Source: Candidatus Gottesmanbacteria bacterium
Lineage (GTDB): Bacteria > Patescibacteriota > Microgenomatia > UBA10105 > UBA927
DNA length: 64,000 nt
Direction of reading: 5' to 3'
NCBI GenBank assembly: GCA_963790805.1
Contig: CAWBPL010000002.1
Location: forward strand, 956,860 to 1,020,859
Shown: positions 27,212 through 35,555 of the stretch, in pieces
Layout: each line of letters opens with the position of its first letter
Position numbering within the stretch: the first letter of the stretch is position 1
Made by a program: the position numbers and the translations under genes
Notes under the pieces: generated by a model
What the model was told of the DNA's origin: nothing
The model's input: the letters and a program-made list of their open reading frames with translations, nothing else
Databases searched by the model: none

Positions 27212-28051
27212 ATGATGCCAGTATTTTTTCACATCGGGTCGATCCATATCTATAGCTTCAGCGTGCTGTTGGTTCTCTCGTGGTGCGTTTTTTCATTTTT
27301 ATTCTGGCGGATGCTTCGATCCAACGGAGTGGACGAGGATAAAATATTTGATCTGACGTTTTATGCAACGCTCGTTTCATTCATTTGTTCACGCGTCGGC
27401 TTCGTGCTTTTGAATTGGCAATTATTTTCAACAACATGGCTCAAAATTTTTGCACTTTGGGTCCAGCCGGGATTATCGCTCTACGGAGCGTTTATCGGCG
27501 GACTATTAACGCTCGTTTTTTTAAGCAGGCGCGAAAAAGTCCGTTTAGGTCACGTACTTGATGCGTTTGCATCATCATTTCCGGCGGCGCTTATCATAGG
27601 ACTCGTAGGATCTTTTCTTGGAGGTGTAACGGTGGGGAGGGGAGCGAACGTTCCATGGGCCACCCGCGTTGTCGGTCATATCGGAAGACGCCATCCGGTC
27701 GACCTTTATGAAGTTATTATGCTTATCGGTATGATTCTTGTTTTAAGCTATATCGAAAAACGAAGCGCAAAAGAAAAGTGGCCGTATGGAGTCGTGGGCG
27801 TGTGGTTTTTTATTTTGTACAGTTTGTTTATGTTTGTACTTGAATTTTTTAAAGAAAGTCGTGTATACTGGATTTCCCTAAGCGCCAATCAGTGGGTGCT
27901 TATTGCATTATTTGCAGAAGCACTTGGCGCTTTTTACGTACGGGGAGGAGGAAGGGAATTGGTTCGTCCGATTCTCGTTAAACTTAAAACATCACCAGGT
28001 AGTATACTAGGAGGTATCTATGCAAAGCTTTCCAAGCGACATACTCAATAA
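27212..28051 (+). CDS. lgt: prolipoprotein diacylglyceryl transferase
   Basis: A polytopic protein with GLSLYGAFIGG and the RHPVDLYE motif. Confidence 0.8.
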   Translation: MMPVFFHIGSIHIYSFSVLLVLSWCVFSFLFWRMLRSNGVDEDKIFDLTFYATLVSFICSRVGFVLLNWQLFSTTWLKIFALWVQPGLSLYGAFIGGLLTLVFLSRREKVRLGHVLDAFASSFPAALIIGLVGSFLGGVTVGRGANVPWATRVVGHIGRRHPVDLYEVIMLIGMILVLSYIEKRSAKEKWPYGVVGVWFFILYSLFMFVLEFFKESRVYWISLSANQWVLIALFAEALGAFYVRGGGRELVRPILVKLKTSPGSILGGIYAKLSKRHTQ

Positions 28052-28397
28052 ATTACGGGAACATCTCGAAGAAGAGAAAAAGCGTACCAATGACCATATT
28101 GCGCAGTTATCCGCACAGGATCCGTTTTCCGACCCTGATCGGGTGAATGATAATGCGGCTTCGGACAGCGAAGCGAGTGAAGAGTCCAGTCACGACCGCT
28201 TTGCCGCAATGGTAGAAGAGCTTAAAAACAGATTAGCGGACATTGATGCCGCGCTTGGGCGAATAGGCGACGGGACGTACGGGTATTGCAGTAACTGTCA
28301 AAAGATGATTGATACCGACAGGCTGGCAATTTTGCCTACTGCAACGCTTTGTTCCGACTGCGAGCACGCGAAAAAAATAGTGGTGCAGGTAAAATAA
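28020..28397 (+). CDS. DksA/TraR-family C4 zinc-finger protein
   Basis: Coiled-coil N-terminus plus CSNCQKMI...LCSDCEH. Confidence 0.75.
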   Translation: MQSFPSDILNKLREHLEEEKKRTNDHIAQLSAQDPFSDPDRVNDNAASDSEASEESSHDRFAAMVEELKNRLADIDAALGRIGDGTYGYCSNCQKMIDTDRLAILPTATLCSDCEHAKKIVVQVK

Positions 28398-28401
28398 CTT
28401 C

Positions 28402-29121
28402 ATGGACATACCCATTCTTTTTGAAGACAGCGACATGGTCGTCGTTGATAAACCCGCCGGCATTGTCGTTAACCGCGCTTTGTCGGTGAAGGGTGAAACA
28501 GTACAGGACTGGGCAGAAAAGAAACTTGGACTTCCGGCAAGCACTCAGTCGTGGGGAGATACGTTTGAAAGCAGGGCTGGCATCGTTCATCGGATTGATA
28601 AGGAAACGTCAGGTGTTTTGGTTATCGCTAAAAATCCCACGTCGTTTGCCGTACTCCAGCAGCAATTTAAGGATCGAACGACGCAAAAAACATATCTTGC
28701 GCTTGTGCACGGCGATGTGCTTCCTGCCGAAGGGGAAATTAAGGCACCGGTGGGCAGGCTTCCGTGGAACAGAGAACGCTTCGGCGTGTTGCCGGACGGG
28801 AAAGAAGCAGTGACCGCATATAAAAAAGTTTCAACGGGACAGCACGGCGCTGCCAATGAAGTTGTTTCCCTTGTTGAACTTCACCCGCATACCGGCCGGA
28901 CGCACCAGATCCGCGTCCACATGCAATATATCCGGCACCCTCTTGTAGGGGATTTGGTATATGCAGGTCGCAAAACCAGCCGCTTGGACAGGACGTGGGT
29001 ACCACGCACAATGCTCCATGCATGGAAACTGACGATACACCATCCGGTTAGCGGTACTCCTCTTGCTTTTGAGGCACCGATACCGGATGATATGAGAAGA
29101 GCCATCCATGGATTTTCATAG
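28402..29121 (+). CDS. RluA-family pseudouridine synthase (no S4 domain)
   Basis: VVVDKPAGIVV, catalytic HRIDKETSGVLV, and GRTHQIRVH. Confidence 0.88.
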   Translation: MDIPILFEDSDMVVVDKPAGIVVNRALSVKGETVQDWAEKKLGLPASTQSWGDTFESRAGIVHRIDKETSGVLVIAKNPTSFAVLQQQFKDRTTQKTYLALVHGDVLPAEGEIKAPVGRLPWNRERFGVLPDGKEAVTAYKKVSTGQHGAANEVVSLVELHPHTGRTHQIRVHMQYIRHPLVGDLVYAGRKTSRLDRTWVPRTMLHAWKLTIHHPVSGTPLAFEAPIPDDMRRAIHGFS

Positions 29122-30838
29122 CATCGCCCTCATCGAGACTTTATTTCTCGTTTTTCTCTCCGCGATTGTCGGAGGAATCATTGCCAAAAAACTGCACCAG
29201 CCGCCGCTTATCGGTTATGTGGCATTAGGCGTATTATTCGGAAATCTGTTTGCCTCTTCCACAAACTCCTCTTTTTTACAGCAGATAGCAGATGCCGGAG
29301 TGACGCTTTTATTGTTTACGATCGGGCTGGAATTTTCTTTCCACCGGCTCAGGAAGGTGCTGGGTACGCTTGTGTGGGCCGTAACGACACAAATACTCGT
29401 GACCATTCTCGCCTGTTATTTTCTTTTCCTTTGGTTGGGGTTTGATCCGCTGCCGTCTCTCTACATTGCTGTAGCGTGTTCGCTTTCCTCGACGGCAATT
29501 GTTGTGAAAATACTTTCTGAACGCGGGGAACTGGAAACGGTTCCGGGTGAGTTATCGACAGGGTGGCTGGTTATTCAGGATTTATCCGTCATTCCCATTA
29601 TGATAATTCTGCCGACACTTGTTGCCGTTTCGCGGGTCGGAAACGTGGCGTTTTCAGCTGTCGTTATCGCCATCTTATTGAGTTTATTAAAATCCGGTTT
29701 GGCCATCCTTGTAATTTTGTATCTCGGGCGAAAAGGGATTCCGGCTCTTTTGAATTTGGCAGCAGCAATAGATAGCAGGGAAATATTTCTTCTGTTTACG
29801 GTCGGCATCGTATTTTTATCCGCCATCACGACGTACGCCCTCGGGTTATCAGGAGCACTTGGCGCATTTATTGCAGGGCTTCTCATATCGGAAACAAGCC
29901 AGAATCATGCGATATTTGCAGAAATCCGGCCGCTTCGGGACCTTTTTGCCGTCGTGTTTTTCGTGTCGCTCGGCATGGTCTTGCCGATCGGCCAAGTATT
30001 GCCGATCATTCCGCTTCTTTTGGGAATCGTCGTCGTTGTTATGGTCATTAAATGGTTTTTGACGTTCGGACTCACGCGCTACCTCGGTAATCATAGGAAA
30101 ACCTCATTTCTGGTGGCGCTTGCCGTCACGCAGATGAGCGAATTCGGGTTCATCATTGCAAAGGAGGGGATGGATGCGAAAGTTTTGAATAACGAGCGCT
30201 ACGTTTTTCTGGTTGCTCTGACGTTTTTGACGATGTTTGCGGGGAGTTCATTGGTCTCGTACGGTCACCGGCTGTATTACTGGTTTTACCGGACGATCGG
30301 GAAAGCCATGCCGCACATATTTTCCAATAAAGCGGAGTTATCACCGAACCGCGAAGAGCTGCCTATCAAAGATCATATTGTCATCTGTGGTTACGGGAGA
30401 GTAGGGAAGTATATCGGGCGCGCTCTTGATATGGCGGGGATTCCGTACCTTGTCGTTGATTATAACTATGCGACGGTGGCGCTCCTTCGTTCAAAAGGGG
30501 TGCAGGTGGTCTACGGCGATCCGGCGGACAAAGACGTCTTGGACTATGCGCAGGTGGATTTTGCCAAAGCCGTCATTATCGCGATTCCTGACCGGCACAC
30601 GCAGGAAATGATCATAAGTAACGCCCAGACCTTAAATCGCCACATCAAAATCATCTGCCGCACCCATCACGAAGAGGACCAGCCGCGCTTGAAGTCGTTA
30701 GGCGTCACGACCATCGTGCAACCGGAATTTGAAGCATCGCTATCGATTATCGAGCGGTTATTACCTGAATTCGGGGTATCACAGGATGATATAGCGGGGA
30801 AAATCACACGGCTCAAAATTGAGCACGGGTTGGGGTAA
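29108..30838 (+). CDS. CPA2 (Kef-type) cation:proton antiporter with C-terminal TrkA-N/RCK domain
   Basis: About 12 TM helices, followed by IVICGYGRVGKYIGRAL (GxGxxG). Confidence 0.8.
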   Translation: MDFHSIALIETLFLVFLSAIVGGIIAKKLHQPPLIGYVALGVLFGNLFASSTNSSFLQQIADAGVTLLLFTIGLEFSFHRLRKVLGTLVWAVTTQILVTILACYFLFLWLGFDPLPSLYIAVACSLSSTAIVVKILSERGELETVPGELSTGWLVIQDLSVIPIMIILPTLVAVSRVGNVAFSAVVIAILLSLLKSGLAILVILYLGRKGIPALLNLAAAIDSREIFLLFTVGIVFLSAITTYALGLSGALGAFIAGLLISETSQNHAIFAEIRPLRDLFAVVFFVSLGMVLPIGQVLPIIPLLLGIVVVVMVIKWFLTFGLTRYLGNHRKTSFLVALAVTQMSEFGFIIAKEGMDAKVLNNERYVFLVALTFLTMFAGSSLVSYGHRLYYWFYRTIGKAMPHIFSNKAELSPNREELPIKDHIVICGYGRVGKYIGRALDMAGIPYLVVDYNYATVALLRSKGVQVVYGDPADKDVLDYAQVDFAKAVIIAIPDRHTQEMIISNAQTLNRHIKIICRTHHEEDQPRLKSLGVTTIVQPEFEASLSIIERLLPEFGVSQDDIAGKITRLKIEHGLG

Positions 30839-30844
30839 GGGATG

Positions 30845-31222
30845 TTATTTAGTCGCTGCTGTCACTTCGGGGCATTTTACGTCTTTACTGGGTGTGTATA
30901 TTGTTCGACTGCTTTCATGCCCCGGAGGCCCATATAAAATTTCTGCCCACATAGAAATAGGATTTTGCTGTCCTGCTTCTGGTACCGGATCTGCCTCTCC
31001 TCCTTGTTTTCGTGAAAAATCTAAATTTACTTGGCAATGTATTTTGAGAGTTCCCTTTGTCGCGTCTGCGTCATGAAGGTCATCTTTGTTTTCCTTTAAC
31101 TTTTGTTGCGCAAACCTTTCGGCAGCAGTGCACGTTAGGCACTGTTTAAAATACCACGGAACAGTAATTTCGACATTTTTCGTTTCTATAGCCATAAAAT
31201 TACATGACAAAAAATTGAACAC
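30845..31222 (-). CDS. hypothetical protein (116-125 aa)
   Basis: ORF-track entry. It is the last gene of a four-gene minus-strand group. An alternative ATG lies at 31195 (MAIETKN). I recognised no family. Confidence 0.4.
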   Translation of the reverse strand: MFNFLSCNFMAIETKNVEITVPWYFKQCLTCTAAERFAQQKLKENKDDLHDADATKGTLKIHCQVNLDFSRKQGGEADPVPEAGQQNPISMWAEILYGPPGHESSRTIYTPSKDVKCPEVTAATK

Positions 31223-31276
31223 GGACTTGGTTAAGGAGATGTTAAAATTGCGATCTTCCGAAATCCCGAGTTTAAT

Positions 31277-31738
31277 TTATTTCATTGTTACTGGTTTTAA
31301 AATATCTCGTATATCTTCTTTATAGGACGATTTTGGGACATAATCGTTTGCTCCGGCCGTCATAACATCGCGGGCACGCCGCCATGTGGGTGAAGCGGTG
31401 GTAACAACAAGCCTTGCTTCGGGCGCAAGTTGTCGCAGTTTCTGCACGGATTCTCCCAAACTGTGTTCTACATAATATGCATCTATGAGAATTAACGGAT
31501 AATCAGTTGTTTTGAATGTTTCGTCATTTATCTCTGAGAACGGAAGTACATCTATGGTGACACCTTGTAACGTTGCTTCATCGAACAAAGTGCCCAACCA
31601 TCCTGAATACGTGCTGGGTCCTTCCTTTTGTTGGCCGGTTACCATAAGAACTATTGGTCGTTGGTTTTTTAATTTTTCTTCGTTTGCCATATGTCTTCTT
31701 ATGTTTTTTCTGTATGTCCGTTTGTTCCACTCTTCCAA
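31277..31738 (-). CDS. stand-alone receiver-like (pseudo-receiver) domain protein
   Basis: CheY-like order of elements: IVLMVTG (the acidic pair is missing), PLILIDAYY (phospho-Asp position), RLVVTTASP (T/S), and ANDYVPKS (K). Confidence 0.55.
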   Translation of the reverse strand: MEEWNKRTYRKNIRRHMANEEKLKNQRPIVLMVTGQQKEGPSTYSGWLGTLFDEATLQGVTIDVLPFSEINDETFKTTDYPLILIDAYYVEHSLGESVQKLRQLAPEARLVVTTASPTWRRARDVMTAGANDYVPKSSYKEDIRDILKPVTMK

Positions 31739-31769
31739 ATCCTCGTGGCTAGCTGATTGTGTTATTACC

Positions 31770-32216
31770 TTATCGCTCGGTTTCTTTAAATTGCCAGCCT
31801 TTTTGTTGCAGATGTCCGGCTAAATCAAAATTTTTATCAAACTCTTTACCCGCCACCCTAATATTTAAGTAAGATTCTCCTTCAGAATAGCTTGTTGAAT
31901 ATGCGGGGTCGCCTGATTGCAAGTCCCACCGACTAAAGGTAATCGTTACCCCCAATCGCTCAAAAATATCTCCCTTATTGCCTTCTTCTCCTTTTGCAAT
32001 ATGCATAGAAGTGCAGTTGTATGTTGCAAGATCATGAAATTTTTCGGATTCTATAGGAATGAGTATCGTTTTGCCGATTACTGATACTTCTTCTACGGTC
32101 TTAATTGATATTCCCGACGGTGACGTGGTTTCAAAAAAACGGAGTTTATCTTTTTCAGGACCACCCACTGCGATACCCGATTCAAACTTTTTTATCTTTA
32201 ATAGTTCAGCTAACAT
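31770..32216 (-). CDS. hypothetical protein (148 aa)
   Basis: ORF-track entry, 4 nt downstream of the preceding gene. No motif recognised. Confidence 0.45.
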   Translation of the reverse strand: MLAELLKIKKFESGIAVGGPEKDKLRFFETTSPSGISIKTVEEVSVIGKTILIPIESEKFHDLATYNCTSMHIAKGEEGNKGDIFERLGVTITFSRWDLQSGDPAYSTSYSEGESYLNIRVAGKEFDKNFDLAGHLQQKGWQFKETER

Positions 32217-32220
32217 ATTG

Positions 32221-32733
32221 TTATTTTGTGGTCGCGACAGGCTTTGTCCACACTATATGAGCAGATCCGAATAAATCATCACGGTCTTCGTATTTGGAAC
32301 TTTCCCCGAACCATATTTCAAATATTTGGCCTTCATGTACCTCCCACGTTTTTTCGCTCGTATCCTCAGCTGCAATACGCTCTTCTTTATTGTTTAATTT
32401 CGCGTGAAGTTGAGGAATGCCGAGCGGTTTTTCCTTTTGATTGAGCGTAACGACCGCCCGATCCGCGTAATTGGTTACATCTAAGAAAATATTTCCTTCG
32501 GGATAGAGTGCTCCACCGGATTGAAACAAACTAATAAGCCGCATCGTGTCAAAATTGCGGGGCATGCCCACAAACGGCTCATCACCATAATTATTTAGTA
32601 TCACTTCATCTATGTGATACAGTTGATATGGAGAGGACGACATATTTAGTGATTCAAATCTCGTTGTCATACTATTTTCCTCTGAATGTTGTTGTTTTAT
32701 ATACTTTGTATAGGTTTGATGCTTGACGGACAA
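32221..32733 (-). CDS. hypothetical protein (149-170 aa)
   Basis: ORF-track entry. The likely start is the ATG at 32670 (MTTRFESLN), preceded by GAGGA. No motif recognised. Confidence 0.45.
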   Translation of the reverse strand: MSVKHQTYTKYIKQQHSEENSMTTRFESLNMSSSPYQLYHIDEVILNNYGDEPFVGMPRNFDTMRLISLFQSGGALYPEGNIFLDVTNYADRAVVTLNQKEKPLGIPQLHAKLNNKEERIAAEDTSEKTWEVHEGQIFEIWFGESSKYEDRDDLFGSAHIVWTKPVATTK

Positions 32734-32746
32734 TCCTGACGGAAAC

Positions 32747-32775
32747 TTGTCAATTTGACAATTCTGTGCTATGCT
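32747..32775 (+). promoter_or_regulatory. sigma70-like promoter TTGTCA-17-TATGCT
   Basis: Counted directly in the sequence. The -10 box contains the first ATG of the ORF-track model, which argues for the ATG at 32801 as the start. Confidence 0.3.
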
Positions 32776-33985
32776 CCTCTCCTCCTGCCGGATTGAACGT
32801 ATGGTGAAGCCAAAACTCTATTCGGATGCGTATTCAGAGGAAGAATTTCAGGCACTTCTTGCTTCATGGAGCCATATCTCCAAGTTTCAGGAGTCGGGGA
32901 GCGTGTACGTTTACCACAAAGGAATCACCCTGCGGCGCCACGAAGCTCTTTGCAACAGAGAGGATCTCATCGCCAAGTATTTTCACGGGAATTTACCCGT
33001 CCTCATAGACATCGATACCGGGCACTTGGAAGATCCTGACGTGCTTGAGGCTGAATTTCAAAAACACGAGAAATCGAATAAAACGCCGATTTATTGGATT
33101 TGCGGTCTTGACCGGTTTCTTATAGGCAAGTCTGATTCGCTGTTTCACTTTTTGCGCAAGCGTCAGGCCGCACGGTCCACCATTTCCTACGTACTTTTTT
33201 TTAATATAAATTTTCTTCATCCGACCGTAAGCTCCATCCTTACATATACGTCAACGTTTTTACAAAATACCCGCATTGACAGTCTACCTGACGAGGCCGC
33301 GAGCAGGTATTTTTTGGAGTCGTGGGTACAAGCATGGAGAGTCAACATGGATGAATCGACAAAGCGAAAAATCGTTCTTGAAACCAAATGTCATTTTACT
33401 CCGCTTAAGCAGGCCGTGCGCTACGTTCGGGACACCGGCTCGACCGACATTCGAAAAATACTGGGTCATGACATGATGCACATTAAGATGAAAAGCATAT
33501 TTGACGGACTGTTGCCCTGCGAACAGTCAGCGCTTTTGAAAATCACCATTGGCGCAAATGACTTTACGTCGGATGAGGCGATAAGTATCAAGTTTCTGAA
33601 GGATACGGGCTGGCTTGAAGCTCGCGGGCACCATCTTTACATCACAATACCGATTTTTGGCCGCTATGTGGAATCCCTTCAGCGTCCGGCGAAAAATATT
33701 GATCTGACCCAGAGTCATATTCTCTTAGGAGACGTTCCCATTGATTCGTTTTTATCGTCAAAGGAGCGGTCTGTTTTACGTCTTCTGGTAGAAAAATCGG
33801 GAACGCTCGTAGATCGCGATGATATAGCCAAGGCTCTCTGGGGTGACGGTTGGGAAGATGTATATTCTGACTGGGCAATTGACCAATTGATTTCCCGCCT
33901 TCGCAAAAAGTGCGTAGATTTGAATATATCAAAAAGAGCGATTCTGGCAGTGAAAGGGAAAGGATTTTTATATGATAAATGTTGA
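32771..33985 (+). CDS. degenerate P-loop NTPase-like / helical / OmpR-type winged-helix regulator (paralog of 57558..58880)
   Basis: The C-terminus SSKERSVLRLLVEKSGTLVDRDDIAKALWGDGWEDVYSDWAIDQLISRLRKK is trans_reg_C-like. The N-terminal two-thirds are colinear with the 440-aa paralog. The probable start is 32801. Confidence 0.6.
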   Translation: MLLSSCRIERMVKPKLYSDAYSEEEFQALLASWSHISKFQESGSVYVYHKGITLRRHEALCNREDLIAKYFHGNLPVLIDIDTGHLEDPDVLEAEFQKHEKSNKTPIYWICGLDRFLIGKSDSLFHFLRKRQAARSTISYVLFFNINFLHPTVSSILTYTSTFLQNTRIDSLPDEAASRYFLESWVQAWRVNMDESTKRKIVLETKCHFTPLKQAVRYVRDTGSTDIRKILGHDMMHIKMKSIFDGLLPCEQSALLKITIGANDFTSDEAISIKFLKDTGWLEARGHHLYITIPIFGRYVESLQRPAKNIDLTQSHILLGDVPIDSFLSSKERSVLRLLVEKSGTLVDRDDIAKALWGDGWEDVYSDWAIDQLISRLRKKCVDLNISKRAILAVKGKGFLYDKC

Positions 33986-35555
33986 AACTGGGGTGAATGC
34001 GCCGGTTGCATTTTGGATATTGCCCGAAGAGCGATATGCTGCGTCTTCTCAAACTGGCGACCAGTTGCAATTTCTGGCAGAAGGGGAAAGCAGTCTTGTG
34101 TACGCACCGCTACAAGATGAGTTGCGGACGTATTTTAACCACATGGCACTGGAGATTGATTTGGGGTATGGAAACAAAAAATTCGATCATATGGTAGATG
34201 ATGCATTGTTTTTGAATACATTACTTGATCTGGCGATACTCAAATCGAAACCGCGATGGAACTCGCGCTTACTTACACAGTTTGAAACTCCGATGCTTGA
34301 GGCAAATAATTTGGAGTTTACCGGCTGGGGGAACGGGGGAAGTTTTCGCGCTGCAATATCAGGTCCTGAACAATATACAGTGGTAGCAAAGCTCCATAAA
34401 AAACTTTTTCGCGATTTGCCGGATATGATGGATATCGACCGGAAGCTGCCACTGTCCGAGCCGCTTGGATCGCTTCTTGAGAATAGAGTATTACCTGCAT
34501 TACTCAATGAAAATATGTTAGCAGGGCACATATTTGAGAAGGTATCGATAAAGAGTAACGATAAAGACATAGTTTTTTGCGGGATAATGGAATTAGACGA
34601 TGAAGATAAACCGCAAACGATGGTTACTGTCCGTCATGTCAGGTATGTCCATAAGTCCGTTCTGGAAATCCGTTTGTCTGATATAAGTGATGACCCTTTG
34701 AAGCTTCCGGATTTTACGATTCATCTTACCGATTATGAGCGGGATTTTCGGGTCGGCCCTCAGATGTCAGATTCAATGAATGGTCTCATTCCGACATATT
34801 TTTATCCGGAAGCAACGGAGGGATATACCGGATTACCTCGGGTAAAATCATTTCGTTCATCGCAGTGGATTGCTCTGCCTATACAAACGTATTTACATAT
34901 GCAGGCAGATTTTGTACATCCCGAGAATATTAAAGAGCCAAAATATCAAACGATAGAAGAGGCCGTCCATGCAGGACTTCGGGCAATAGCTGAAAAAACT
35001 CAACATTTAGGTGCGTACAGAAAAACAAATCAACAAGTGCCGCTTGGTGAATTGTTGTATGGAGATTGGTGGGTAAAATATAAAACAGAACTTTTATCAT
35101 TATTTCAGGAAAAAAAGACGGAACAAGCGGTGTTCGGTCGGGAAAACAAATTTTTGACGTCGGAAATTGTACGGTTGTTTACGAGACTGAATGATTATGA
35201 CAGCCAATTATTTCTCCGTATGGCTGTCCCTTTGGGTATTATGGACGTTCTTGTGCCTGAATTCGGTTCATGCGTTGAAGGATTCGGGAAACTGATATTC
35301 GGAGAAAATTTTTCAATACATAACACTGTAATGACGGATGTCGCCGTTACCGTATTTTATATGCGATATCCTTCACCGAGGGCGCGCGTTGAGCATGAAT
35401 TATATACGATAAAGGAACCTAATCTTTTGGGTAGTCAGGTTTTACTGCAGGTTCTTGATGCGTATCGTAAGCAAAACCACAGTACATCTGAAACGCCTCT
35501 TTCCTATATAATGACGTGGTTATTTTCAGCCGGCCCGTATAAAATAGAACGATGA
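33972..35555 (+). CDS. hypothetical protein (527 aa), no recognisable domain
   Basis: A long ORF. It overlaps the upstream regulator by 14 nt, and its stop overlaps the tgt start (ATGA). Confidence 0.55.
   Translation: MINVETGVNAPVAFWILPEERYAASSQTGDQLQFLAEGESSLVYAPLQDELRTYFNHMALEIDLGYGNKKFDHMVDDALFLNTLLDLAILKSKPRWNSRLLTQFETPMLEANNLEFTGWGNGGSFRAAISGPEQYTVVAKLHKKLFRDLPDMMDIDRKLPLSEPLGSLLENRVLPALLNENMLAGHIFEKVSIKSNDKDIVFCGIMELDDEDKPQTMVTVRHVRYVHKSVLEIRLSDISDDPLKLPDFTIHLTDYERDFRVGPQMSDSMNGLIPTYFYPEATEGYTGLPRVKSFRSSQWIALPIQTYLHMQADFVHPENIKEPKYQTIEEAVHAGLRAIAEKTQHLGAYRKTNQQVPLGELLYGDWWVKYKTELLSLFQEKKTEQAVFGRENKFLTSEIVRLFTRLNDYDSQLFLRMAVPLGIMDVLVPEFGSCVEGFGKLIFGENFSIHNTVMTDVAVTVFYMRYPSPRARVEHELYTIKEPNLLGSQVLLQVLDAYRKQNHSTSETPLSYIMTWLFSAGPYKIER

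Noticed and set aside
30905-30945. An AAA+-like Walker A string ILYGPPGHESSRT near the C-terminus of the 125-aa ORF, suggesting a truncated ATPase pseudogene.
   Set aside because: The GK[ST] residues are absent. The ORF ends about 20 codons later, against the convergent kef gene. No downstream ATPase-like sequence is visible in any frame, so a chance resemblance is more likely.
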